From positions 143,953 to 207,952 of IMG/VR virus record IMGVR_UViG_3300023184_000027: a stretch of DNA of 64,000 bases, one strand, 5' to 3'. Both the position numbers and the translations under genes were made by a program. The notes beneath the pieces were generated by a model. That model was not told where the DNA came from and did no database searches. It worked only from the letters and a program-made list of their open reading frames with translations. This document shows, in pieces, positions 1 to 8,726 of this stretch (the stretch's first letter is position 1; each line of letters opens with the position of its first letter).

Positions 1-463
1 TACGAATTGTCGCCGTAATAGACGCAAGAGCATCCGTTGAATATCCTAATGAATCAAAATTAACATCACTTAAAAACGAACCTTCTAAAATCCATTTTTC
101 AACAACAACACCTGTTGGGTCTAACATTTCTAAATCAATATTTTTCTTATATCCCGCAGCATACCCCATTCTACCTGTTACAGATTCTGCACATAATCTA
201 ACCCACTCCATAAGAGCTTGAGACGCTGAAGGTCCAATTGGGTCTCTAAACTTAACATTAATTACTCCCCAAGTAAATCTACCAGCAACATATGTTGAAG
301 TATTTAGAAAAGGAATTTCTGTTGCGTTAATTGTAATATGTGGTCTAGCCGCGGTTTCAACAAACCATTCATTAATTCCCAAAGAAGATGGAAAACGAAC
401 AATAAACCTATTCTGTCTTTTAGGTTCATACGGTATGGGCATTTTCATTAATAAATCAGCCAT
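1..463 (-). CDS. Tail tube protein (T4 gp19-like), 3' end runs off the window
   Basis: Not in the ORF track. Hand translation from ATG at 463: MADLLMKMPIPYEPKRQNRFIVRFPSSLGINEWFVETAARPHITINATEIPFLNTSTYVAGRFTWGVINVKFRDPIGPSASQALMEWVRL...YKKNIDLEMLDPTGVVVEKWILEG. This is a gp19-type pattern and lies downstream of the sheath. Confidence 0.85.
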   Translation of the reverse strand, partial: MADLLMKMPIPYEPKRQNRFIVRFPSSLGINEWFVETAARPHITINATEIPFLNTSTYVAGRFTWGVINVKFRDPIGPSASQALMEWVRLCAESVTGRMGYAAGYKKNIDLEMLDPTGVVVEKWILEGSFLSDVNFDSLGYSTDALASITATIR

Positions 464-504
464 TTTAAATTGTTTTTAATTTTATTTTATTTTATTGTTA
501 TTCT

Positions 505-514
505 TATAAATATC
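505..514 (-). promoter_or_regulatory. Putative late promoter motif GATATTTATA upstream of tail tube
   Basis: The same (A/C)TATTTAT(A/C) core recurs on the sense strand upstream of several structural genes. Confidence 0.45.
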
Positions 515-534
515 GTCAATTAAAATTTTTTCTA

Positions 535-563
535 TTTACTTTTAAAACTTTAAAAATTATAAT
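535..563 (+). promoter_or_regulatory. sigma70-type promoter TTTACT-17-TATAAT, antisense to the tail operon
   Basis: TTTACT 535-540, 17 nt spacer, TATAAT 558-563; no + strand gene follows. Confidence 0.4.
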
Positions 564-603
564 TAAGCATAACTAACTAGATTTTTATTACTAGTTTTTT
601 TAT

Positions 604-1425
604 TTAATATTCTTTTTTTATTCCTCCCGCTGTTGAATAAGTCTTAATTATGTTTTCTGGTTCTTTTTCAAAATGTTTTTTTACTACATCAACATTTTTT
701 ATATCATCATCTGAAAATCCTACTTTAGGTATAAAATAATTGCTTATCTTATTTTTTAAAAATGCTTTTTTCTGGATATGATTAGAAACTTTTTTAACAT
801 ATTCTACAAATTCTTTTAATGCCTTAATTTTACCTTCTTCTGGGTTGACAGCAGAACCCTCACCAAAAGTCACCGGGTAAAACTTACATAAATTTAAATA
901 TTCCCTAATCATCTCACTTTTAGAGATTTCTTCTTCATCAGCCAAGTCTCTATATTTTTCTAAATTTTTTATTAATTCTTCAGAATCAATTCCGTTAAAA
1001 TTAGAAACAATATAGTTATAACAACCCTCTTTAAGTACTGACGGAGTATGTCCCCTAGCAGTCACGATTGAAAAAATCGACCCATTGTTAATTGCTTCTG
1101 CAAAATCAGGCCAAGCTGGTCCTGGTTTAGCTAACATAGCATCGACAATAAATTGTTTATCACCTTTTATACCAAAATATCTAAATGGTTCATCAGCAAA
1201 CCCAACAATTTTATGTTCATCATAATCAAACGGTTCTTTACCAATTTGTTCTCTATATTCCGCAAAATCTTCAGTTGACATACCTACCTCATCACCGTCC
1301 TCATCTTTTAATATGATTTTAGTTGGCATAGATACAATATTGTCGTCCCAATCAAATGCGTAGTATTTTTCATCAGGGGCTCCTGTTTCATCAATACCTT
1401 CTATTAATTTTCTATTTTTTAACAT
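604..1425 (-). CDS. HAD-superfamily phosphatase-like protein
   Basis: Motif I YAFDWDDN, motif II IVTARGH, lysine in GKIKA, motif IV GFSDDD. Confidence 0.65.
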   Translation of the reverse strand: MLKNRKLIEGIDETGAPDEKYYAFDWDDNIVSMPTKIILKDEDGDEVGMSTEDFAEYREQIGKEPFDYDEHKIVGFADEPFRYFGIKGDKQFIVDAMLAKPGPAWPDFAEAINNGSIFSIVTARGHTPSVLKEGCYNYIVSNFNGIDSEELIKNLEKYRDLADEEEISKSEMIREYLNLCKFYPVTFGEGSAVNPEEGKIKALKEFVEYVKKVSNHIQKKAFLKNKISNYFIPKVGFSDDDIKNVDVVKKHFEKEPENIIKTYSTAGGIKKEY

Positions 1426-1448
1426 ATGTTTTTGTATGGCTATATTAC

Positions 1449-1474
1449 AACCGACCGGAATTCACCGGTCAGTC
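1449..1474 (-). terminator. GC-rich hairpin 3' of sheath gene (terminator or mRNA-stabilising/processing stem)
   Basis: GACCGG-TGAATT-CCGGTC core extendable with G-U pairs; no strong U-tract. Confidence 0.45.
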
Positions 1475-1487
1475 ATAACAATTTTAA

Positions 1488-4400
1488 TTATATATTCTCA
1501 AAAGAAGCTCCGGTTGGAGTAATATAGAATGTGATATCTATAAATTCTAATGATTTGGTTGGTTTGATATAAATCTTACCAGTCATTTGATTTCTGTCTA
1601 AATCAGCAGCATCTGATGATACTGTTACACGGAAATCATATAAACCTCTATCTCTTCTGATAGCATCCAAAATAGGGTTAACAGCGTCCAAGAAGTCTTG
1701 TCTTACTTTAGCGTCGTTTTGTTCAAACAATAATCTTACAGATACCGCAGAAATCAATTTACGAGCTTGAAGTAATAATCTTCTAACATTGATTCTATCT
1801 AAAGCCGATTGTCTTACTTGAAGAGTTTTATTACCCCAAATTACAGTACCAACATCAGAGAAAGTAGCAATTGGGTTAATACGACCTTGATAAAGTGTAT
1901 CTCTATCTTCTTGGGTTAGTTTACGTCTCGCTTTAACCGCATTTACAATACCTCTTGTGTAACCCGCCGCAGCGAACCAAGGGAAAGCAATGTTATCAGT
2001 TAATGCTAAATTTCTCGTAACCTCAGCCGTTGCCGGTAAGTAGATTTGAGTATTGTTAACACTATCTCTTGTTAATACCCAAGGGTAGTAAGTTGCCGTG
2101 TAATTAGAATCTACACCTATTTGGTCTAAATTATCCACAGCTTCTTGAGGGTAGATTAAATCTAATTGGTCTCCGGTAGAAGGTACAAACATATTGTAAT
2201 CAGGAGTTGTTGTAATATACAACGAATCCGCTCTATCATTCTCAATCATATCAATAGCACTTTCAACTAAATCTGAATTGTTAAGATAATCAATACCCGG
2301 TGTTACAAAAACATTGATGTTAACCGCCTCAGGATTAGAAAATGTCATTTGTCCTAATTTATATGCGTAATAATCAGTGTTACCATAATCTTGAGTATTG
2401 TCCCCAACTGTAATTTGTTTAAATGCTCCCCAACCTGTTGCTGTAGGATATTTAATCGAAGGACAAGAACCGTGTAAGTAACCATTTCTACCTAATACAA
2501 ACGTATCACCATTTGTTCTGTGTTCTCTGTAGATATCCCACCCGTCAAAACCTCCTTGAACAAGGAGACTGAATTTACGAGAATATAGTCTATAGTAAGG
2601 ACTTGATTCGTTATCAGGGTCTTTAGTGAATGTTGCATCTCCAACATAGAATGCTGGTGTACCACTTGTTGCAAAAGCATTAGGAATTAAGATACTATTA
2701 GCGTCTTTATCCATGTGGAAACCTTTAGTTCTTGTTGACCAATCATCACCTGTGATATCATTACAAACATCTAACGGAAGTTGTTTACCTTTATAACCAA
2801 AGAAATCAGCATCAATACCAATACTATCAGATATACCAAGATAAGTTCTTCTTACATTGTCACCACCACTTCTAGTTGCGTCATCCGCTCCTGAACCTAA
2901 TCCAAATGGGGGGTTATAAACAACCTCACCAGGATAATCGTATTTAGTTTTCATAATCGGGAATGGTGATTTAACACCTGCGTAATCTCTAGAATTAAAC
3001 CCTAAAAATCCACAAGGAAGAGCGTCCATTGGGGCATCTTCGTTAATCTCAATCATAACATATTTTGAATTTAATTCGTACTCACCATCCATAGTACCAA
3101 TTTTCTTAGCAATGAATGAATTGTCGTTTATATTCATATTACAATTTGTAAATTTCTCAAGAACAACAGGTGCACTATCTGAATCATAAAAATCTCTAAC
3201 TAACACATCAAAAGTTCCATTGTTAAATGAAATATTTGCGATAGATATTTTAACCTCTGTGTTAGCAGCTTCACCATCAGCGATTGTTGTAAATTTAAAT
3301 AAGTTGTAAACTTTATTACCTCTTAATTCAGATACAACCCAAGGAGATGTTGGTGATTGATATTTTTCTAAGTACCAAGCGATTGATGTTGGGTCATTTT
3401 GTTGTCTAGCATTAGGTAATGCTGTTAATTGACAATTTAAACCTCTAATATACCCTTTTCTATATCCGTATGTTAATAATGTTTGATATCTCTCTTCTAC
3501 ATACAATGGAACTGTTGTTCTTGGTTTTGCAAAATTGGACGAACCAAATACTTTACTAATATATTTAGAATCAGAATTTTGGAATGAGGTTTCAAAGAAA
3601 TATGACTCACCATCTTTATTAGTAACATTTAAACCAAAAGTAGAATATGGGTTTTTAGTAATTCCTGAATAAACTGAAGTACAATCTATGGAAACATCTG
3701 TTAAACCAGATACTTCATAAACAGCTCCGTCATCACTACCGTAAGTAGCTAATCCTCTTGAACGAAGTGTTGCAATAACTAAATCGTCAAAATCAGTATA
3801 AGCCATTCCTGAATAAACATAAATTTCACCTACAACTGAACCTGAATAACAAGATTTAGTTGTACCTGTGTTAGGTGTTCCAGTATTACCAGCAATATTA
3901 ACATTACAAGGTACTACAGTTTCAACACAAACAGTCCAAGTAGTTGTAACACTTTCATCTTCTGAAAGTAAATTATAAGATAAACATCCACTTGAAAAAT
4001 CGTTAGCCGTATGTCCACTAATTTGATTTGTCAAAATTGACACATTTCCTGCACAAGTATTGAACCCACAAACAATTTTTGATAAGTCTACACCTACCGG
4101 AACGACAACGTCTATTCTATTTGTGTTATAATTAATACTACCAATTGTTGTAGCACTTAAACTTGATATAACAATTTTTGCATCACTATGAATTCCTTGT
4201 ATTATAGTGATTGTGTCACCAACTTGATACCCCGTCCCTGGTGAATTAATCGTTACTCCGGTAATCACATTACTAACATTAACTGCAACATTAACCGTTA
4301 AACCAGTTCCGTAAGTACTACCTGATGTTGTACCACTTCCTGCGGAATATCCTGTTCCACCTGATAATGAACCAGTGTTAAAACCTGAAACATATCCGCC

Positions 4401-5288
4401 AACACTAAATCCAAAGAAAGTAGCACAAGTTGATGAGGTAAATGTTGGAACAATAGTGTCTATAACACCATAAAAAGACGAACCCGTATATGAACCACCA
4501 CCAATATTGTCAAACAATGAATAATACCAAGGGTCGTTTTGTGGTGCTGTGTAATCAGCTAAATCTGAACTAACATTTTCAACACCAAAAACATTTGTTG
4601 ATGCTGTATATGATGTTAATCCTGAATAACTACTTGTTGGTATTGTACCAAAATATGAAATACCTGAATACGAATCGCCATAATTGGTAATTGAGTTAAA
4701 TATTAAATTATTAATATCTGAACGAAGAGTTGAGATGCTACCGTTAAATAATTCATAAGGTAAATCTATTCTATCTGTTATGAAATCTTGTAAATTATCT
4801 CCAGTATCAGTTATAGATGATAAACTATCATTACAACCTGAAAAGTCATAATGATACACATATGTTTCATAACTATCACAACCATCAACACAATCAACTA
4901 TTGTTGGAACATCACAATAAAAATCTATTGTGGTTGGGTCTACATTTGCTTTTGTTGTGATTGACCAAGATGGTCCCGCATCATATCCGGAAAGACCTAA
5001 AACTCTAGTTACAAATAATTGATTAGATTGTTGTAAATATGCTTTAGCGATATAGGACGCCTCATACTTTGGTATTTGTGTGTTTATAAATTTTTCAGGG
5101 GAAGTTCCTCCAAAATACGCCGAGAATTCATCAAAATTTCGTATAAAAATAGGTTCGAAGGCTGGACCTTTTAAGGTTTCACCAACAATACCTAATGTAG
5201 TTACACCCACACTTTGGGCTACGAAACTTAAATCAACTTCAGAAGTATATACTCCAGGAGATACGAATACTTTACTGTTTGATGCCAT
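1488..5288 (-). CDS. Contractile tail sheath protein with large inserted domains
   Basis: N-term FVSPGVYTSEVDLS...GPAFEP; C-term YYPWV, PWFAAAGYTRG, LYQGRINPI, IWGNKTL, LDRINVRRLL, IKPTKSLEFI. Confidence 0.95.
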   Translation of the reverse strand: MASNSKVFVSPGVYTSEVDLSFVAQSVGVTTLGIVGETLKGPAFEPIFIRNFDEFSAYFGGTSPEKFINTQIPKYEASYIAKAYLQQSNQLFVTRVLGLSGYDAGPSWSITTKANVDPTTIDFYCDVPTIVDCVDGCDSYETYVYHYDFSGCNDSLSSITDTGDNLQDFITDRIDLPYELFNGSISTLRSDINNLIFNSITNYGDSYSGISYFGTIPTSSYSGLTSYTASTNVFGVENVSSDLADYTAPQNDPWYYSLFDNIGGGSYTGSSFYGVIDTIVPTFTSSTCATFFGFSVGGYVSGFNTGSLSGGTGYSAGSGTTSGSTYGTGLTVNVAVNVSNVITGVTINSPGTGYQVGDTITIIQGIHSDAKIVISSLSATTIGSINYNTNRIDVVVPVGVDLSKIVCGFNTCAGNVSILTNQISGHTANDFSSGCLSYNLLSEDESVTTTWTVCVETVVPCNVNIAGNTGTPNTGTTKSCYSGSVVGEIYVYSGMAYTDFDDLVIATLRSRGLATYGSDDGAVYEVSGLTDVSIDCTSVYSGITKNPYSTFGLNVTNKDGESYFFETSFQNSDSKYISKVFGSSNFAKPRTTVPLYVEERYQTLLTYGYRKGYIRGLNCQLTALPNARQQNDPTSIAWYLEKYQSPTSPWVVSELRGNKVYNLFKFTTIADGEAANTEVKISIANISFNNGTFDVLVRDFYDSDSAPVVLEKFTNCNMNINDNSFIAKKIGTMDGEYELNSKYVMIEINEDAPMDALPCGFLGFNSRDYAGVKSPFPIMKTKYDYPGEVVYNPPFGLGSGADDATRSGGDNVRRTYLGISDSIGIDADFFGYKGKQLPLDVCNDITGDDWSTRTKGFHMDKDANSILIPNAFATSGTPAFYVGDATFTKDPDNESSPYYRLYSRKFSLLVQGGFDGWDIYREHRTNGDTFVLGRNGYLHGSCPSIKYPTATGWGAFKQITVGDNTQDYGNTDYYAYKLGQMTFSNPEAVNINVFVTPGIDYLNNSDLVESAIDMIENDRADSLYITTTPDYNMFVPSTGDQLDLIYPQEAVDNLDQIGVDSNYTATYYPWVLTRDSVNNTQIYLPATAEVTRNLALTDNIAFPWFAAAGYTRGIVNAVKARRKLTQEDRDTLYQGRINPIATFSDVGTVIWGNKTLQVRQSALDRINVRRLLLQARKLISAVSVRLLFEQNDAKVRQDFLDAVNPILDAIRRDRGLYDFRVTVSSDAADLDRNQMTGKIYIKPTKSLEFIDITFYITPTGASFENI

Positions 5289-5325
5289 TTTTTTTGTTGT
5301 TTTTATTTGTTAATTTATTTTTATT

Positions 5326-5334
5326 GATAAATAT
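5326..5334 (-). promoter_or_regulatory. Putative late promoter motif ATATTTATC upstream of sheath
   Basis: Recurrent motif ~40 nt before ATG, followed by an A-rich leader. Confidence 0.45.
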
Positions 5335-5381
5335 TCTGAAAAAAAACAAAAGACTTTACTTTGTGCTAACTATTTATATTT

Positions 5382-5414
5382 TAGGTAGACTTTTTTCTAC
5401 CTTTTTTCTACCTA
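5382..5414 (+). promoter_or_regulatory. Candidate operator: TAGGTAGA / TCTACCT / TCTACCTA inverted and direct repeats
   Basis: Three copies of an AGGTAGA/TCTACCT box immediately before the RHH gene start. Confidence 0.45.
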
Positions 5415-5578
5415 TGGATAAAGACATTAAAAAGATTAAAAATTTGAAGATTTCTGTGGAAACCCACGAAATTCTTAAAACTTATTGTGAAAAAAAGGGT
5501 ATTAAAATGTACCGGTTTTTGGAAAGATTAATTGTTGAGAAATGCTCACCTAAAAAGGATATCTATGGTGAGGACTAA
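5414..5578 (+). CDS. Small ribbon-helix-helix DNA-binding protein (54 aa)
   Basis: MDKDIKKIKNLKISVETHEILKTYCEKKGIKMYRFLERLIVEKC has the strand-helix-G-helix pattern of CopG/Arc-type proteins; start moved from 5279 to ATG 5414. Confidence 0.65.
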   Translation: MDKDIKKIKNLKISVETHEILKTYCEKKGIKMYRFLERLIVEKCSPKKDIYGED

Positions 5579-6612
5579 ATTAAGTGGTTTTCTAATGTAA
5601 TTGACCCCTCTTTAGTGTTGTCTTTTTTGACCACAACAATTTTTAAAACATCATTTGTATTGATTTGTATTTGAGGTAAATCAGACCCATAATATTCATT
5701 ATTAATGAACACATCAAACGACTCAATGTTAATTGATTTACCCAAATTTAAGTCTGCTGTATAATCAAAAATTTGTGAAATAATATTATTATTTTCAGTA
5801 AATAAAACATTTAAAGTTGTGCTACTTGGATTTGAATTTAATTTTTTTTGTTTTTTTGTTGTGTTTTTATCAAGTTCCACGACCTGTAATAATCTAGAAA
5901 TTGCAGGAGAAACTTCAAATTCATTTTCATCAATTAAAAAACCAAGTAAGGTAAATTCATAACTTTGAATGTAGTATTTTCTTTTTTCAAGTTCCATAAC
6001 AGATTCGTCCGATATGTTTCCCATAACGATTGGAATGTAATGTCCTTTGATTGATGTATAGGCTTGTTTTGACGCAAACTTCTCAAGTACATTTTTATTA
6101 AACTCGTTTAATTCCCTCATTCTATTACAAATTATTTTTACAACAAATGAAATATCAACAGGAACTGGTTGAGGTATTTTATATACATCCGACCCGTGTC
6201 TTTGTCCGTCCCAAGTTGGTACTTGAGCGTAAAAGAATTGTTTTCTGTTTGGTATGTTATAAACTATTGCAGGATTTGTACCATATTTAACTTCGGGTAC
6301 TCTAACCACGGTTATAAATGGGGTCTCAACATTTTTATCTATATTTTGTAAATTCCAAGTTTCTGTGAATTGTGACCAATTTTGTGTTGTTACCAAAATA
6401 TCAACCATTGATATAGTTTTACCCTCAACAACGGTTTTTAAATCATTTTTAACAAAATCTAAAAACCCCCTATCCAAATCCGCATGTAAAATTGATTTTG
6501 GTAGGAAAGTTCCGTCTTTATTAATTTTATCCAAAAGTTCTTCTCTTCTTGGTAGAAGAGTTTTTGAGGATGTTAACGGAATATGTTTTTTTATTTTGTT
6601 TGGTAATGGCAT
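5575..6612 (-). CDS. Tail terminator / sheath stabiliser (T4 gp15-like)
   Basis: PFITVVR...PQPVPVDISFVVKI...ELNEFNKNVLEKF pattern; adjacent to the sheath. Confidence 0.6.
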   Translation of the reverse strand: MPLPNKIKKHIPLTSSKTLLPRREELLDKINKDGTFLPKSILHADLDRGFLDFVKNDLKTVVEGKTISMVDILVTTQNWSQFTETWNLQNIDKNVETPFITVVRVPEVKYGTNPAIVYNIPNRKQFFYAQVPTWDGQRHGSDVYKIPQPVPVDISFVVKIICNRMRELNEFNKNVLEKFASKQAYTSIKGHYIPIVMGNISDESVMELEKRKYYIQSYEFTLLGFLIDENEFEVSPAISRLLQVVELDKNTTKKQKKLNSNPSSTTLNVLFTENNNIISQIFDYTADLNLGKSINIESFDVFINNEYYGSDLPQIQINTNDVLKIVVVKKDNTKEGSITLENHLI

Positions 6613-6614
6613 CT

Positions 6615-7049
6615 TTATTTTGTTATAAAAATTTTATTTTTTAAATTAATCATTTCCACTTCATTGGCGTGAAATATAGGTTCTTCGGTGTCTTTCATAA
6701 CATAAGAATTATACTTGTATGGGTTGTAGGTGACAATATTATTGTTAGGTTCTTCTGGTAAATTCTCACAAGGGAATATACAATAGTCCATTAAAGTTCC
6801 GATAACAAATGAATGTACGTTTTTTCTTTTTTCTTTTAAAACTTTTTCTCTACCACCGGGTCTAACTCTAAACTCAACATCTTTTAATTTAACATAATCG
6901 GCATGAAATATAACTAAACTTTTGTATATAATAGAAAATGTTTGTTTATGTAGGTTATAATAAAGCATAACTTTTTTACCGATATAATCGTTATCTGAAT
7001 AATTTTCAAATAATCTTTTTGATTGAGATTCTGTTATTAATATTTTCAT
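6615..7049 (-). CDS. Conserved phage hypothetical protein with MKILITE leader
   Basis: Body YYNLHK..FSI...GREKVLKEKRKNVHSFVIG...VTYNPYK resembles a widespread phage family of unknown function. Confidence 0.7.
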   Translation of the reverse strand: MKILITESQSKRLFENYSDNDYIGKKVMLYYNLHKQTFSIIYKSLVIFHADYVKLKDVEFRVRPGGREKVLKEKRKNVHSFVIGTLMDYCIFPCENLPEEPNNNIVTYNPYKYNSYVMKDTEEPIFHANEVEMINLKNKIFITK

Positions 7050-7453
7050 TATTCGTAATATGCTGATACCGATTTAACCGGTAAATTAAATTTATCTTCA
7101 ACCCATTTTTTCATAGGTTCTCTCCAACTACTTCCAAACATATTGTCTAAATGTTCACCATATTCACCCCATACCTCTACAATTGGTGCCCTGTCTTTAT
7201 GTGGTTTACTTGATGGTTCATCACTATAGTAATCAACATTAAGATAATTAAATACAATATCAGAATAATCTTCACCAGCCCAAGTACCACCTTTATAAAA
7301 ATGTAAAAGGTTTTCATCTTCAGGATTTTCCTGCCAATCGTCACCGTCGTAATTTGAACCATAGACCCAATCAATTTCATTTGAGTCTAAATAACCATCA
7401 ATATACTTATATATTGAATCAAATAATTTACTTTCTGTTATTAATATTTTCAT
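7049..7453 (-). CDS. Acidic hypothetical protein with MKILITE leader (paralog of 7453-7842)
   Basis: Shares YYSD..S.K, NMFG..W.EPMK.W..D.F.LPVK with its neighbour. Confidence 0.75.
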   Translation of the reverse strand: MKILITESKLFDSIYKYIDGYLDSNEIDWVYGSNYDGDDWQENPEDENLLHFYKGGTWAGEDYSDIVFNYLNVDYYSDEPSSKPHKDRAPIVEVWGEYGEHLDNMFGSSWREPMKKWVEDKFNLPVKSVSAYYE

Positions 7454-7842
7454 TAGTCGGCTACGATTGTTTTTACTGGTAAATCAAAGTTATCTTTAAA
7501 CCACTCTTTCATAGGTTCTACCCAATAATTTCCAAACATATTGGTTAATTTTTCATAATCAGTAACAATTAATATTGGTGTCTTTTCTCTAAAAGATTTA
7601 TTTGAATGTTTATCACTATAATATTCCTTTTGAATATATGCAAAAGCAACACCATCTTGGTCGTAATCACCTTCATATATATGATAAAAATACTCTCGTA
7701 TATATGGGTTTTCCTCATCATCATATTCATCATCATTCCATGTGGTTGGATGAAAATAATCTATGTTACTTACATCAAAAGTATCTTCAAGATAATTATA
7801 TATTGTTCTATATAATTTATTTTCTGTTATTAATATTTTCAT
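7453..7842 (-). CDS. Acidic hypothetical protein with MKILITE leader
   Basis: Paralog of 7049-7453; TAATG coupling on both sides. Confidence 0.75.
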   Translation of the reverse strand: MKILITENKLYRTIYNYLEDTFDVSNIDYFHPTTWNDDEYDDEENPYIREYFYHIYEGDYDQDGVAFAYIQKEYYSDKHSNKSFREKTPILIVTDYEKLTNMFGNYWVEPMKEWFKDNFDLPVKTIVAD

Positions 7843-8354
7843 TATAGACCTCTAAATTCATTATTCATTACCGGTGAAGCAATAATACTACGATAAAAAG
7901 GTTTATACCCCCCGATTGTGTGTTTATTATCTGAAGTCACCCTTCCATCATTATTTACCGTATAGTATCTTACTTTATCCTCCGTTTCGTAGTATCCGAT
8001 ATAATCACCATAATTAATATCCACATCTAATTCTTCCAAATCTCTTTGATAAACAGAAAGTTTCATATTACCCGGCTCCATTTGGTCTAATTTTGATGTC
8101 CCCAAATATTTGTTCTCGGGAGCCAAAATTTGGACATAACCTTTGAGTTCAACGGGAGGGTGAAACTTAATACTATCAACTGACGCCTCTCCGTAAATGT
8201 CGTCTGTCTTGGTTTTGTATCTATCAATACGATATAGAACCACGGTAAAATTCATGTCTCCGTGTAACCATTCTTGACCGAATGAAACCTCTAAATTAAA
8301 ATCTTCGGCTCCAAAGAACTTTCCAATTCTTGTGATGGGCACTTTATTATTCAT
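7842..8354 (-). CDS. Neck / head-closure protein (T4 gp14-like)
   Basis: VVLYRID...DDIYGE...F.PPVEL...GDYI pattern; morphogenesis context. Confidence 0.6.
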   Translation of the reverse strand: MNNKVPITRIGKFFGAEDFNLEVSFGQEWLHGDMNFTVVLYRIDRYKTKTDDIYGEASVDSIKFHPPVELKGYVQILAPENKYLGTSKLDQMEPGNMKLSVYQRDLEELDVDINYGDYIGYYETEDKVRYYTVNNDGRVTSDNKHTIGGYKPFYRSIIASPVMNNEFRGL

Positions 8355-8676
8355 ATTGTTTTCGTCTTTTGTATTCGGATTCCGAACGAGTACCTGAATT
8401 ATTAATTATAACATTAACACCAAAATAATTTTTTATGGTCTTTTGTATTTCATTATTCCACCCACTTCTGTAATTTACGGGAATTGCTCGAGTATTTGGA
8501 TTAACTTTCAGATATTTACTATCGTCAGGAACAACATATGTTACCCTCATATAATATTCGTCACCAGTATCATCAGTAGGTTCTAATGTATAAATAAGTT
8601 CAGACACACCATTAGGTTTAATGTGTTTTATCGTTTTATTTATTAATTTGTCTAATATCTCTTGTCTCATTCTCAT
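8347..8676 (-). CDS. Hypothetical protein
   Basis: 109 aa ORF overlapping the next gene, preceded by the TATTTAT motif. Confidence 0.6.
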   Translation of the reverse strand: MRMRQEILDKLINKTIKHIKPNGVSELIYTLEPTDDTGDEYYMRVTYVVPDDSKYLKVNPNTRAIPVNYRSGWNNEIQKTIKNYFGVNVIINNSGTRSESEYKRRKQYE

Positions 8677-8679
8677 ATC

Positions 8680-8708
8680 TTGATAAATATTATAAAATAT
8701 GTTATATT
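8680..8708 (+). promoter_or_regulatory. sigma70-type promoter for helicase (TTGATA-17-TATATT, extended -10 TG), overlapping a divergent TATTTAT motif at 8682-8690
   Basis: Spacing counted directly. Confidence 0.5.
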
Positions 8709-8726
8709 TCTACTAAAAGAATAAAA

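Larger units (their letters stand above)
7029..7844 (-). repeat. Three identical 23-bp repeats (7029-7051, 7433-7455, 7822-7844) encoding stop/start plus MKILITE
   Basis: ttctgttattaatattttcatta is exact in all three; on the minus strand it reads TAATGAAAATATTAATAACAGAA. Confidence 0.95.

Noticed and set aside
1-6612. Bacterial extracellular contractile injection system or tailocin
   Set aside because: Neck proteins, DNA polymerase B and helicase are adjacent, indicating a replicating phage with a head
7029-7844. 23-bp repeats as a CRISPR array or attC sites
   Set aside because: Spacing is ~400 bp, the repeats are in-frame gene starts, and no cas or integrase gene is present
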